Assembly: GCA_050273025.1 (NCBI GenBank)
Contig: CP158635.1
Location: 19,406,001-19,470,000 of the forward strand
Direction: 5' to 3'
Length of the DNA stretch: 64,000 nt
Source of the DNA: Cenococcum geophilum
Taxonomy: Eukaryota
Notes under the pieces: generated by a model
Seen by the model: the letters and a program-made list of their open reading frames with translations, nothing else
What the model was told of the DNA's origin: nothing
Databases searched by the model: none
Position numbers and translations under genes: made by a program
In this document: positions 27,734-42,283 of the stretch, in pieces
How positions within the stretch are numbered: position 1 is the stretch's first letter
Layout of the letters: each line of letters opens with the position of its first letter

Positions 27734-29661
27734 GACTGTGGTTTGCTGTGACCGCTTTTAAGATTGATGTGTGATCGGCCGCTTTTTTTATGAACCGGGG
27801 TTGTCGAATGCTGAGCCAGCGTGATTGATGGCTACGAGAAAGGCACAATCGCCGTCGAGATATGTCACTTGAACGAGATGGTGTTCACTCGAAGAAACCT
27901 TCAGTTCAAATAGCAATGCTCTGTTGAAATTAGTATTGATGTTGAGAGGTAGAGTTGGCGGCAGCGTGCGATGAGCTAGCTTATAAGCCATGTTATACCT
28001 TTGTCGAAAGTGATTAATCACTTAGTTTCCGCTGGTCTTGTACTATCACCTGTATGAACTCTAGAGAGCTGAGATCTCGAGACAGATTCAACTCGAGAGG
28101 GAAAGCGTAACGAAGTGAGAGCTTGACGTATATCAACCGACATCAATAGCAGGAGCAAGTAAGCTGCCGTGAATGGCAAATAAGGGCTCGGAAAAGGCGA
28201 TTGATGCGGCTCGTTCGGATGAGTGGACAAGCAAGAGGATGAACCTTTATTGAAGACGCAGCCTGGCAGGCGAGGCGAGCAGACGGTGACCGCTGTTTGG
28301 CTGCAGGTGAATGTATTCCTTGCTTTTTCCTTTGATCACGGATCGTCACAAGACCTCAGCCGATAGCAGACTGTACAATAATGACTTGGCAAGGCTCTCT
28401 CTATGGTGAAGCGCAGCGGAGAGGATTCAGTGGACCAAACCGGCTGCAGCGGGGTTCCCGTGCGTCGTGGGGGTGGAGAAGGCAGAGGTGGTGAGAGATG
28501 GCAATGATGCTCCGCACGGTGATACTGGTGCGTTTGCAGGACAAAGATGGGGGACAAGAACCATTGATATAGATTTCCACCCCGATCCTGGGAACACCCA
28601 CGACACCTCTCGCCAAAGGTGGAGGCCATGTCGACCTTCCCGCCGCGCCCTGCCTGGTTCTGGATTAGCCCTCGTGAAACCGACTCTCTCAGTGCGACGC
28701 AGTGCTGCTACTCAACTGCTGTACATGCCCGAGACACGGCGGCAGTTCGGCGGCACGGCAGCAATCGACAGCCCGAGTGTGAGTGGGCGGGCTTTGAAGA
28801 CCTTGCATGCATAGCCGGCGACGTCCTGGCGCCGACCAACAGCTATATGTCGCTGGGGCAAGCTGGTTTGTTGGTGATACCGGACGCCTTGCTGGTGAGC
28901 AAAGTGTGGGGTGCGAATCGCCGTGAAGATGTGTCGCAAGGACCTGCTGCAACGAGGAAGCCAGGAATTGGACCAGCCAGCCTGACTGACAAGGACCAGG
29001 TTTGAACACCTGTTCTCCGACGCCTAGAATTCAGACCTTCGAGAACAATCCACAATCCTCACATCCTCGATGCCCGCGGTGCCGCAACCGGAAAGCATTC
29101 CGCCGTTGCGCTGCTGGGCGAAAGCTCAGCCTTGGGCCGCATCAAAGCCGCATCTGAAGTGCTGGTGGTGACAAAGCTGGTTGTGTGCTGCGGCGGCATC
29201 GCTGATCACCACCCACGCTGTTGGTCAAGGAAAGATATCGATAGCAGCGGTTCATGCATGATTGACTGATAAAAAAAGGCCAAAGGCAATGCCATGACTA
29301 GCAGCGCGTGGGACTGGCAAAACGCCTTGCAGATGCGATGTGCATTTTGACCATCTAATTGACCATCCCATCACCCCTCATCGACTATCTGGGAATGAAA
29401 CTATTCTTTTTGGTATCTAAGTCGAGAATGGGGTCTACCAATCTACCAATCCTGCATCGGCCACACACGTTACTCCGAAATGCAATCCGTTTTCCGGAAA
29501 TGAAATCCATCGATATCAACATAGCCTTGCGGAGTTTGAAACCCTGCAAGCTGTTCGCCCGTAATAGATCTGACTGCCGCTGTAGTTCCGGGACCCGCCG
29601 CTGCCGCCATGCATGTATTTATCGCTGGAATATGAAATCATTGTTGTAGTCAACCCGATGC

Positions 29662-30711
<1,050 letters not shown>

Positions 30712-31147
30712 GATTGCGATTGCGATTTCGATTGCGATTCTATCCGTACCCGTTAAACGATTTCGGTGAGGACTAGAGTGTTGAGATTTTATCGACGGAT
30801 ACGGAGTTTCGGCAGTCAGATGCGGAGTAACATGCAGAGGCCCGCGCCGATTTGGATAAACCCTGGACTTCGAATTTGCGGCCCCTTGCATTTACGCCAC
30901 AAATTCTAGAACTTGCAAACGTGAATGTCTATATAGATTACGGCTTGGAATAAAGGTAGACTAAAAGCTCCTTGAGGCGCTCATAGTTTTCTATTTAACA
31001 GTGACTTTCACAGCCAGGTCCTCAGTTGATCGTGTGAGGCATCAAAAGTGACGTAAACTTTTCCGTATCCCGGACTATGCAAATGCTAGAACCCAAGTCC
31101 GAAAATAGAACACAAAAGAAATCTACAACAACCGGTAACTTAGCGCG

Positions 31148-31560
31148 CTACGGTACAGATTCAGTCCGAGTCTTCTTGGCTATCGGAACCTCTGCTTCAG
31201 CATCAACAGCCGCATTAAGCCCCCTCTTCTCCGGCTCAGCGACTAATCCGGCCTCTGCATGCGCTCCAAATTTGCTGTGTTGATATTTTTGACATAAAGA
31301 GAGCTGTACCTTCAAGCCCAATTTGCAAATTGTTCTCCTTCTCGCAATGTTGATTCGATAATTTTAAACCTAGAAACATTGGATAGAAAGTCGCCCACAG
31401 GCTGGTATGGAGACCTGTAGTGCGGATGTGGGTTGTGGTTGCTGCGAATCGATGTGAAGCCTTCGTGCGAATTGCCGTTTGTGTGGTCATTGGAGTCATT
31501 CACGCCATTAGCATGGTCGTTTGTGCCATTAGTAGGTGCTTCTTCTACTGGAGGACACAT
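31148..31560 (-). pseudogene. LYS20: Homocitrate synthase remnant with the catalytic core deleted
   Basis: The N-terminus DFLSNVSRFKIIESTLREGEQFAN is diagnostic of fungal HCS. It is fused to ICKLGLK in another frame, then after ~50 nt to a C-terminal-like tail (AEPEKRGLNAAVDAEAEVPIAKKTRTESVP*). Total length is only 413 bp. Confidence 0.88.
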
Positions 31561-31622
31561 TATGAGAATTGCAGAGTTGTAGGAAGGAAAAAGAAGCGGT
31601 GGGAGTGAAAGGTTTTTGTAAG

Positions 31623-31629
31623 TGAGTCA
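31623..31629. promoter_or_regulatory. Gcn4/CpcA recognition element TGAGTCA
   Basis: Perfect consensus 63 bp upstream of the ATG of an amino-acid biosynthetic gene; function is inferred only. Confidence 0.45.
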
Positions 31630-31706
31630 GGCCAGTCCGGTGTAGGTTGATACGCTCTAGCCTAATTATTAAATTTTCCTCTTCCAAGTTTTTCTTATTG
31701 TAAAAC

Positions 31707-31894
31707 TGTCGACTTGAATCGGACATACTTATTACCGTCTTACCACTGTCTTAGTTACCTACCTTGACTCGGTTATCGACTCGGTCATCAAGTCGGTTAC
31801 CGACGTAGTCTCCTACCCCTTCTTTATGTATATATAGAGGCTCTAGAGCCACATCTAATAGACAGAGTTCTCATTCCTTATCGTCCGTTTAACA
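31707..31894 (+). mobile_element. 188-bp solo LTR (Copia-like) in the homocitrate synthase promoter
   Basis: TG...CA ends with TSD AAAAC (31702-31706, 31895-31899). The internal motif ttatgtatatatagaggctctagagccac resembles ttatgtatattagggctcttagagccac in the Copia LTR at 42429. Confidence 0.82.
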
Positions 31895-32109
31895 AAAACC
31901 AACTTTCCTAGAGATGCAATAACTCCCCCCGACTTCATTACAGTTATCTGTGAGCTTTACCAAATGGCCTGGAATCCTTCACAAGAGCATAGTAAAGGCA
32001 ATAAGATGGATTTTCAATTTCAATTTGAATGGCATTGATGGAGAGCCGAATCGGCCATCTCCTTTCGTTCTGGACTTTCCCTGGGCACCTACGAACCTGC
32101 ATGAGCCTT

Positions 32110-32735
32110 TCAAGCCCCCTTCTTGAAATCAAATGGTTTCCTCGTAAAACTTTTCCCCTCAGTTCTATCTGTTAGCCACTTGTTACCTGGCAAGTCATCA
32201 GTCACCCCTAGAATTGCATTCTCCATATAAATATGCTGTACTGCTGAACAAATCTCTCTCCCCAGTCCTCCAACCCTGGGAACATGGTGGCCATGCTCGT
32301 CATCCCAGGCCGACGTTTCGTCGCGTTTTCCGCATAAAATGTCTTCGTCAATGACCCCGAGATTGATTTCTGTTTGCTCCTGCTCTTTGTCGTAGTTGAA
32401 AGTCAAAGAGCTTCCGCACGTGCCGCAAAAGCCACGATACGCGAACGACGAGGATTTGTATATCTTGTAGGCAGGGTTCTCTTTGAGAGGGGGAGATATA
32501 TTGGCGGTCGGGAACGCACAGTTCTGAGGCAATATGCTTCCTGTGTGCTTGCGGCACATTGTGCACTGACACGTACCATTCTAGAATATGTTAGGAGAGT
32601 TGTGAAGTTCATAACTTTGAATGGTCCTACAAGGCTGGGAGGCCACTCTGCGTCCTTAGGGAAGATGATAGTAAATCTGACAGCTCCACAAAGACATCCG
32701 CCCGTGATACTCCCTGGTCGAGATGAAGGAGCCAT
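32110..32735 (-). CDS. GFA / Mss4-like (DUF636) zinc-binding protein, intron 32581-32630
   Basis: GGCLCGAVRF, CQCTMCRKHTG and RGFCGTCGSSL motifs; the intron restores the frame. Confidence 0.9.
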
Positions 32736-33767
32736 TTGTAGTTGAAATACGAGTTTTCAAGGTTGTTATTAGAGAAGGAGTTTGATAAGTATTTCCTTTG
32801 GCCGTTACCATGCGATATTTACTATGAGTAAGTCTCCCAGGGCCTTCAAAAAGCGCTCACTAGATCAGTACCAACCTTTGGAGAGGGGGTTGTGAGGGGC
32901 AATATATCAATTCGCGAAGGGCGCGCCAAGGCGATCATACGCAAACGACACGAGAACGTGTGACTGCTCCTGCACGGTTGACGTCGGTGACATGGTAATA
33001 GTATGTAAGTGGCTGAATTAGTCCAGGAAGGCATTGTGGAGGATTGGATGACTATCATTCCCTCACAACTACTACAAGTCTCCCTCATGAACGTCACTAG
33101 AAATGATACGGGTAGAGGAAGGCGTTAGAAAGGCTAGATGTTTTGCAATGGTCTACATTAGAAGCAAGAACATATGTGTCCAAGATAAAAGACTTAATGT
33201 ACGTAAATGCAAATAGGATGTCCCGTATAAACAGAAGTATCTATAGGATTGTTAAGATGCTGATATGCTTTAATAGAGAAATATCGTCGCAGTAGCTGGT
33301 GAATATTAAACGAATGTCCGTGGAGAGAACATTGCATAACCGGTTTTTCGGGCAGATACCAGTAAAGAGGTTAAAGCAAGCAAGTTCTGGAAAAGCGCGA
33401 GCCATTTAAACCAATTACGCCTTCGCAAATAGCTTCAGGCGATCTAACATAGCCGAGAACTATAATTTCAGTGCGGCCCAACGAAACCTTTAATTGCTAA
33501 AGAGAATTGCACAAATTCTTCTGCATGCCCAATGAAGTTCTTCAAATACTCGTGACCATGGCTCCGGGCTTGTAGCCGAGGCCGCCGAAGTTGCCGCAGC
33601 TAAATGACAAACTTCCATCTCAAACAGTCTAAGGACCGCCATATCGTGGTTGACATACACTGTCCATAAAGGGCTAAATCATGTCTACGCTGAAGTTCTC
33701 ATGATTGGCCGGCTGGTCTCATTCTCCAGATTCTATCGCCCCTGTTTAGGATATCTCTTCTGCTGCC

Positions 33768-36693
33768 ATGGAGCACATCAAAGCCGCAACCAATCTAGCT
33801 CAGAGAGCAGGATCCTTCGCTCTCTCTCTTCCTGAATACTTTGATAATCTTCTCGGGAAATTGACAAGTGGCGGCAGTATCATCGCCGAACCTACATCTT
33901 CTAATATCGCGAATACTACCATCATAACCAGCTCCGGAACATTTGCCCAGGACTCACTTCCAGCTGGGGCGACCGCAGCATTTAGCAATCAAGACTCTGT
34001 CAGGAACATGTCCCCATTTCAGACCTTAAAGAATATTGGAGGGTTTTTTAGTTATATGACCTCGAAGTGGGCGATCGCAACCTTTACCACTGTGGGTGCT
34101 TTCCCAGTTTTTACACCTGTACCTGGGCACTATAGTAGTATTGGGGGAGACGCTCGGCATTCATATTAGTTATCGCATTACCAAGAGTAGCTGGCTAACG
34201 TTCATGGTTGCTTCGTAGGCCATTCTTCTCAACAGGACGCAATTCTACGCCTCTTCACGCATCCCTCTTTCGCTCAACCGATGGCACCTAAGACTGTTTC
34301 TCTACATTCTCCCAGCAATCATATTTTTATATCGTATACAGTGGTTGTTACAAGCTATTCGATGCCAAACTTCGCCGGACTGGTCGCAGCTACAATATGG
34401 GGTACTGGGGAAAGAATTGGATACAGACTTCGCCGGAGAAGGCGGGCTACTTTGGCGAATTAGTTCGACTCTTTTGTTCTGGGAGGATGGGCAGGCTTCT
34501 TGTGTGGCAGCCAATATGATGCCTCCGGATAATGACGTGCTAAGACCTGCTGGTTCGCTGGCTATTCTATGGCCCCTGTTCATCTCATTGAGCTTCAGCC
34601 AGTTCATTGAGACCTTGGCTTGTGCCCTCGAGAGCCGCCAACCTATGCCTGAGACGGGCATGACCATATTCGAACATTCCTTGGCATTTGCTGAGGCAGA
34701 AGCAGTCGTGACCAAACCTCTTGGCCTTAATTCATCTACTCTTCTGAAATCTACGACATTAAACGCTGTTGATGGAACATCCCTAACCTTGAGCCACTCT
34801 GCAATCATACAAATTGCAAACGTGCCGCCTGAGGTCCTTGTAATTTCCTTGATATCAAGCTTGAGTCACCTCAGCAGCAACATTCTGGCAATAATTGGCC
34901 TGAGAGCAAGGCTCCGTCTGATTTCAACCGGTATCTGGGGCCTTACTTATATGTCAGCCTTTGTCTGGAGTTTTATCAGAGCTGCGAACATTGCCGAAAG
35001 TTCCGGTGCCCAGATCGGTATCCTGAGGTTTCCTACCGTGTGTATCGTTGGTTTCATACCGCATCTGCTCATTTTAGTTGGTATTATGGCTTGCGGTGCT
35101 ATTTATGCCCTTGCCTTTGTTTTAACAATATTATCACCACCGCCCGGGAGTCACGCCCTGTCATCTTTAACTGACAGGCTGAAATTTGCCTACAGAAATC
35201 TTCAAGCCAATATCCACCTGTCGACTATAACACCAATTAGGATTAATTGGCAGGAGGACTTCTATACTTTCATTCTCAAATGCGGCTTTACTGTGCTCAC
35301 AGCAGCGAGTGAGGCAGTGTACTTGAATGAAGGAACAAGGGTGACTGTCAGTCCCTTAACATGGTTGGAAGAAAAGAGGCTTCAGGAAGTGATCGCTCGT
35401 AGAGGGTTGCTGCAGCAGACCCTTAATCTTGTTCCGGCGGAACTCCGCGGTGATATTATTGCTGAAGGCGTTGGGCTAATCGATCAAGTAGATGATGGCC
35501 GACCAGCCATCTATCAAGAATCTGGATATACCCGCGAGAGAAAAACGCGTGGCGCAAATTCTGCTTTAGACGCATCAGGAGCAGTAGGAAGAGATAATGG
35601 CGTTGGCCTTCAACAACGGCGCGGAAGATGGGCATCGACATACCAGTTTCTGAAAGGCATTTTCTGGCTCGTAATAGCCTTATATTCCAAGGCCACCATA
35701 GCAATCCTACAAAGGCTTCGAATCACATATAGACCTGCTTGGTTGTTGAGGCTTGCTGGCACTGAAACGAGCCAAAAGCGAAAGGCACGAAACCCCGGCG
35801 GTGGAGACACCCACGACCCTAAAACGCTGGATTTCTGGATGATATATGATGACGGCCAGTCGGGCCTTCCATCTGACACTAATGTGGACGTTGAAGCAGA
35901 TGCAAGGCAAAGGCTGGAGGACGCAGGCTTCTACGAACAGGATCAAGAAGAAGCTGAGGAAGTCCTAGACTTCAATTTATACGCATGGTGGAAAACTGGA
36001 GGATGGTGGGGTGAACTCGATACGAGTGGTGATTACGAGGCTCTAAATCAAGACGACGATGCCACGAGCGTTGTGTCTATGGCAACTACCGAAGAACACG
36101 ACTGGTCTAATATAGGCGATAACGACAACGGTGACGGCCAACGAACACCAACACAAGAGTCTCACTCTTACAGCCGAGATACAACACCCTCAGACGAACT
36201 TATCTCCCATCTCTCTCGTCTCCTTGATCCACAAACTCGCGAGCAGCAAGAAGAAGCTCGGCTGCTTGCACGTCACCTTCAAAGCAAAGGTGTTTTAACC
36301 CGCTCAAAATATCGCAAGGCCATCGAAAGAGATCAGAACCGCCTCTTAACCTCTTCCAGATATCGACCAAACGGCATACGCGTCAACGCGCAATCAACAC
36401 CAGAAGAAGAGGAACAATTGTTAGAGCAATTCATTCTTGAGCGTCGTAGCGACACTACTGATGCCTCTGCGAGCAGAAGTAATGCAACGTGGGATGCCGG
36501 AGCGGAAGGTATGGGATCTGAAGGCCCTCAATGCGTGGTCTGTCAGCTTAGTCCTCGCACGATTCTCGTTTGGCCTTGTGGATGTCTAAGTCTTTGCGAC
36601 GATTGCCGCATCGGCCTTGCATCGAGGAACTACACCTCATGCGTTTGTTGTAGAACTAATGTTGTTGCTTATTCACGACTGTATGTTCCATAG
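33768..36693 (+). CDS. Asi1/Asi3-like membrane RING E3 ubiquitin ligase, intron 34092-34218
   Basis: Several hydrophobic segments and a C-terminal RING CVVC...WPCGCLSLCDDC...CVCC; the spliced junction reads FTT|AILLNRTQFYASSR. Confidence 0.85.
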
Positions 36694-37366
36694 GAGGTTT
36701 ATGAAGGATTGCATTATCGATTTGGCGTATTAATGGTTGGGCATGGCGCTGTTATTCACGGCTAGCTTGTTGCATGGAATGGCTTTACTGTACAGTACAA
36801 ACAGCACCAGTAGTCAAAATCTCTGTACCGGAACATCTCGTTCAACTAATATCGATGGCGCCCCCTGACCTGATGAGGAGCTAACGGAACTGAAATCTGC
36901 ATCTCCAGCAGTGATTCCACGTGAAGCTTCCTAGCAGGCCGACTATGCTAGAGAAGGCCCTGCTCAGAATACAAGCGAATTCAATGAGCGTCATGAAAGC
37001 TGCCAAACAGAGGAGATGCCAGTAATACTCCAAAAAAAAGCAGATCTTTTTGCTAATAATGGGCTGCTCTAGTTGACAGCATCTTCAGTATTACTAAAAT
37101 ATAGAATGCTATGAAATTTCATAAATATGTCCATTATATAGAAAACTTCACGCCATTCTCCATTTACGCCGCTCTGACTAACAAGGCATAATCAAGGGGG
37201 AGCGTTACTAAGCACGATCAGTTTCTTAACGCAGAGAACGTCACCTCTTCAGTCATCAAACAACATCAAGCAACAACATCAGTAGCGAAACCGCTCACCA
37301 TATACGACTGACCAGATACCCTGGCTCAGTCCTCCATAATATCACTTTAGTCTTCCCTAGATTTTT

Positions 37367-40300
37367 ATGCAATCAGAGCTTCCTCAAGTAACTCAAAATA
37401 CTTCCCCCAAAGAAACCCTTTCCCCGAACTTTTCAACTTCCTCCCAGCATGGACGCCGCTTTAATGATCAGCCGGCCTCGCCGCTCTCTCATGATGAGGA
37501 GCGGAGAGTGCCACAGCAAACACTGGACGAGGAAAATAATATATCCTCACCTCTTGCCGGACGCGTCGCGATTGACCCGAACGAAACCACGCGACTGAGC
37601 CAAACCTCACCATCGCCACGTAATCGAATTACAGAATATGAGAATGCTTTGACGCAACCAGGGAGAAAGAGATTGGATGGTCCTGTGTTTGAAATTATCA
37701 AGAAAAGTAGGAAATCGGATGACAGTAGTTCGCCCATCGCAAGTCTTCCGAACGGTACGTTGGCATTTCCAAAATGTTCACTCTTCTGAGCCCTACCAAA
37801 TGGGAATATCTGGGTTGGTTATGCTGCTAAATACTGTCGCAACAGAAATCTTGACCCATGCCTTGTCACACTTGTCACCAAACGACCTTTCTGCAGTGTC
37901 TCTTGTTTCTCGTCAATTCAATAGCTTAGTGACAACCCCACATGCTTGGAGGGTTGCATTTGCACGGTATTTTCCTGGCCCTGGGTCTCTTCTGGAATTG
38001 TCGGCCGATCTGGCTCTGGAAGATGAAGGAGAAACTTTACGGTCTGAGAGGCGTTCATTCACAAGACTGACAGCCCTCGCGTCATGGAGAAGTGAATACA
38101 TCCTACGAACTCGATTGTTGCGGTCATTAGCTAGGGGAAAGCCGGTCCAAACTCCTATGTCGCCTTCCGCGATACGATCCGGCTACACTCAGACAGTCAA
38201 TCCAACCATCACGTACAATGCGCAGACGTTCGCAACGGTCAACCATCTTCATGCTACCTTCGGTACCAGCTTGAATAAGCGCCTGCCTCGCTTCATTCAC
38301 GGTGCAGATGACATTGGTCACGCATCCAGTAGTGACCCAAATACAGGTAAAGTGGACAGTTGGGGTTTATCGGATCCCCAATTCTTCCTACAATTTTCAG
38401 AGCGCTTCCCTGGGGATGCCCAATGGGGTTTGGGTCCTGGTGAAGTAGTTGGCTGCCCCAATGTTATGGATGTTAGTCAACCGCATGGCATGGTCTATGG
38501 CGAAGGCTCTCCAGCTGGCTCACTCTATTATCGGCCTGTTGAAGAAATGCGTGGACGTTTCATAGCCATGCCTTCGGATATCTCAATACCAGAACTCGGA
38601 ATTCCCAAACGCCCCTCTATCAACGGTGCTGTCTGCTCTGTATGGTTAGCTAAAACATCGACCATACCTTCCCTCACTGAAGGTCTCATCGGTATCTTGA
38701 CTGGATCTTCTACTGGTATCATCACAGCTTGCAGCCTTGGTTCTGATGGTATGCGTAGCCATCGCCTTCAAAGGGGAGAGCTCACTGCCCGTTGGGTTTT
38801 GTGCCCTGGTGTGCCAATCATTGCAATCAGAGTTGATGAATCATATTCGTTTAAGCGTCGTGCTCAAAACCGTATATGGGCAGTGGCTTTAAACGCGCTT
38901 GGTGAAATATACTACCTCACTAAATTTCCGAATCGTGCTGCAGTACCCAAGGATGCCATCGGGACAGAAGACGCTACCGAATGTGTTGCATGGTTAACAG
39001 GTCGAAGCGTTTATTGGAATCTGGTAGAGCCAAGCAGACGTGCAGCACGTGTAAATCCTTACAATGACTTAGACGTAGATGGAAGTTATTCTCCACGGTC
39101 TTCTTGGGATGGCATGTGTTTGAGCAGAGACCAAATTCAATCAGAAACAAAGGAAATAGAACAATTTCTCCGGAAGCAGCCCAAGGATTTCCGAAAATCG
39201 TGCTTGGGGTGGGATATGAGAAGAGAGTTTGAGGTAGATTTCGCAGGTGATGACGGTAATTACGCGGGAGAGGCCATGGTCGTCTTCGAATGCGGAATTG
39301 AAGAAGGCGATATCGCCTCTGTGAAGAGATTTACCCGGTGCAAGATTCAAGAGAAGGATAGATCTGGTCCCAGTTCGAGGCCCTCGGAACCCCAGGAACG
39401 AGCATCATTATTTGGTGGATCTGTGACGCCTGACCTCCCCTTCAATGGACGTTCAAGCGAACGTACTCGCCGTTCATCCCAACTCTCGTCTGATACATCA
39501 CCCGAGAGGGCAAGTTTTGTCGAAGAATGGCGCTCCTCACATTTTTCATTTGGTGGGCTCAAGTCAACCGAAATCACCGCAACCGCTCTTGACTCATCCA
39601 TATTTGCTACCCTTACTCTATCCGAAGATCCAGCACTTGGTTTCTCGACCGCATCAAACGCTTCTTCCCCTTACGCTTCCCCACAATCTACCACAAGCCA
39701 GCCTGCATCTCCATCGGACATCCCTGGGCAGCGAGCTCGCTTTCTTGCTGCCGGAACAAAGACGGGAAGCATCCTAGTATGGGACGTTCGTGCTCCAGTG
39801 TCCCGCCACTTAGAATTCGTCAATACCATTGACCCAGTTCGTATCATCTATACTGAGTCGCCGGAAATCTCTTGCTTGGCTCTTACAGCTCTCTATCTTG
39901 TTCATGGTGGCAATGACGGTCTTGTACAGGCTTGGGATCCATTAGCCTCGAGCATACAACCAATCCGAACCTTGAATTCACGGTTTTCGTCTCGTGCACG
40001 TCGCCGTCTTGTTCAAGCTCAGGCTTCTCCCCAAGGGGTTGGCATCAACCTTTTTGCTGCCGGTGCTATCTCTCTCGACCCGGATTCCACTGTCCTTCGA
40101 GGAATGGTCTCACTTGGTACTCAACTCCGCTACTGGAGCTACAACTCATCTGCAGCAGATCAGTACAAGAGTCGCAAACGCAAGCTTCGACGTTCTGAGC
40201 GCGGAAGCAATAACGGTGGCGAACGCTTTTCTGGTTACGGGAGACCAAATCTCAAGGACTACATCGCCAATGAAAAGTTCGAGCTTGAGAAGGAAAAGGA

Positions 40301-40811
40301 ACAACGACGTCGTCATACTGATCGGCTCGCTGGACGTTTTGGTATTGATTTGCTCGGTAGTGAGGAAGAAGCTCTGGCCTATGCTGCAATGCTATCTCAG
40401 GAAGCCTTGGAAAACGACGAAAAGAGGCGGCAGAGCCGAAATAACAAATCGTCCAGTACATCGACAAGCGGCACCTTTAGCATCAACACCGTTACTCCTG
40501 AAGGAAGTGTCCTAGACCAAGCTACATCTTCGCCACAGTTGAAGAATAATGATGAGCTTGATGCCGATATTGCTGAGGCTATCCGTCTGAGCTTGCAGGA
40601 TGGTTTCGGTTCTAGCACGTATGGCTCCGGAAGCCCTGAACCGAGTAATAACACCTTTGACGTTCCGATTAGGTATACGAAGACCCGCAAATCGCCCACT
40701 TCGCGCTCGAGGACAAGTCCAAAGTTAGATGCAGGAGCAGGCTCTAGCACGCAGAAGGAGATGACCGACTTAGAATTTGCGTTGCAACTAAGCCTTGCGG
40801 AGGAAAGTTGA
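37367..40811 (+). CDS. F-box protein with WD40-like repeats and C-terminal UIM-like motifs, intron 37755-37845
   Basis: F-box LPNEILTHALSHL...VSRQF spans the intron. WD-like GSILVWD and GLVQAWD; UIM-like EALAYAAMLS, DIAEAIRLSL and DLEFALQLSLAE. Confidence 0.88.
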
Positions 40812-41222
40812 AAAGAGAATAGAGGTGACGGGGGGGGGGGGGGGTTTCTGCCTGAAGTCCTAGCCCTGACTCAAAGGGAAAAGGCAAAGGAAAGGTAGGG
40901 TGTAGAGGAGGCTCGATAGCTATTAGTGTACTTCAGGATTACGTTTCTCGGCTTTAATTCTTACCTTTTCAAAGTTTATTCCCATTTTGTCTTCGTCGTT
41001 CGTGTGGCTGTTACAGTGGATGTTATAATAGTATCGATGAGCTTTTATGTTCAGGCTTCGAGGTCAATAGCTTCGATATCATTTAACTTATTACTTCTGC
41101 TCCGCTTATTCAGAATTGGCCCTTGATATTTTCCGCATTAATGACATGTTACCCACCGTTTCGTAAAACAGGTTAAGCCAAAGCTTTTATACCATCGCCA
41201 GTTTGAAACCATAAAGTAGCCA

Positions 41223-42283
41223 TTACTTCCTTGCACCCAACAACCACCTTATACCCACCGCCAGCTCAATCCCTGCCGCTACTGTCTGCTTAATTTGCGG
41301 AAACTAGACAAACATATTCGGCAGTCCAGCATAGAAATCCGTCCTCGTTTGTACGTCCGCCTTTCGCAGCAGCTCCTCGTATAACCTACCCTCATCCCTA
41401 ATTGGATCCAGCCCATTTATGGCCAAATATGCTAGAGGCAGTCCTTCCAGCGAGCCCCAAACAAGAAAATTCTCACCCCTACGTTTCTCGCTATCCGGCA
41501 CCGCCAGCAAGTTCAGAAAGCGTTGCCAGGACGCCTCGTCCAGCACAGGAGCACTCCCATTCCCACCGAGTGAATTTATCCGCGCAGCCCACTCGGCTGG
41601 GATATCTTCAGGGCCCTGCCACGACAGGACCGTTGGCACGATGAGGATCTGGCCGGTGAGCCTAACGCCGCGGAGATAGTTGCGGACGCGGATGGCGCAG
41701 ATGGCGGCGAGCTGCGCACCGCTCATCGCCCCACCGGCAGTGAAGCCTTTCGGGACGTCGCCGCCAAAGTCAGCCGTGTGTGCTGCGGTCCATTTCAGCG
41801 CGTTTTCGGGGGCGAACCGGTACGAAAAAGAGGTCAGCAGGACGGCGTTGCCGTGTGCGATTATGGCGCGGCAGCCTAGATCTTCGGAGTTGAGGTCGCC
41901 GGAAACCCAGTAGCCGCCGTGGAAATAGAGAATCACAGGCAGTATTGAGTTAGAATGGAGGTTAGTGGGTGTGTAGATACGGATTGGTATTGGATGGAGG
42001 GATCAGAGGGAAAGGATATCATGGTATCTTTCGTGGCGACATTCCCGACTAATTTTTCGAAGGCTGGTTCCTTGAGGGTTGCTTGATATCCTTCTCCTTG
42101 TTTTCGCACTTCTTCACGGAGCTGGGCGATGTCTCTAATATTTGGTATCTTGATAGGTTTAGTTTCTGCAAACTATACATGAATCATTTCATGTCAGTAT
42201 GCAAGTTTCTAATTTTCAAATATGGTGGGTTATGAGAAAGTAATAAGATTTACCTCCTGCCATTCTGCTGGTAAGGGTGACAT
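41223..42283 (-). pseudogene. Alpha/beta hydrolase fold-3 (HSL-type esterase/lipase) pseudogene
   Basis: YFHGGYWV and DPIRDEG motifs are present. Lesions: frameshift near 41990, an apparent deletion after YRFAPEN, and a premature TAG at 41304 followed by a continuing frame (FPQIK...WLLGARK*). First exon MSPLPAEWQE is followed by an intron. Confidence 0.8.

Noticed and set aside
27788..29649. Many overlapping short ORFs
   Set aside because: No recognisable domains or consistent exon structure; likely GC-rich upstream/intergenic DNA.
31274..31310. GT...AG segment in the HCS remnant as a rescuing intron
   Set aside because: Only ~35 nt, lacks a clear branch site, lies after the TGA stop, and cannot restore the missing domain.
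36868..36900. CTGATGAG...GAAA, resembling a hammerhead ribozyme core or snoRNA C box
   Set aside because: The intervening sequence does not form stem II, and no convincing flanking stems or C/D terminal stem were seen.
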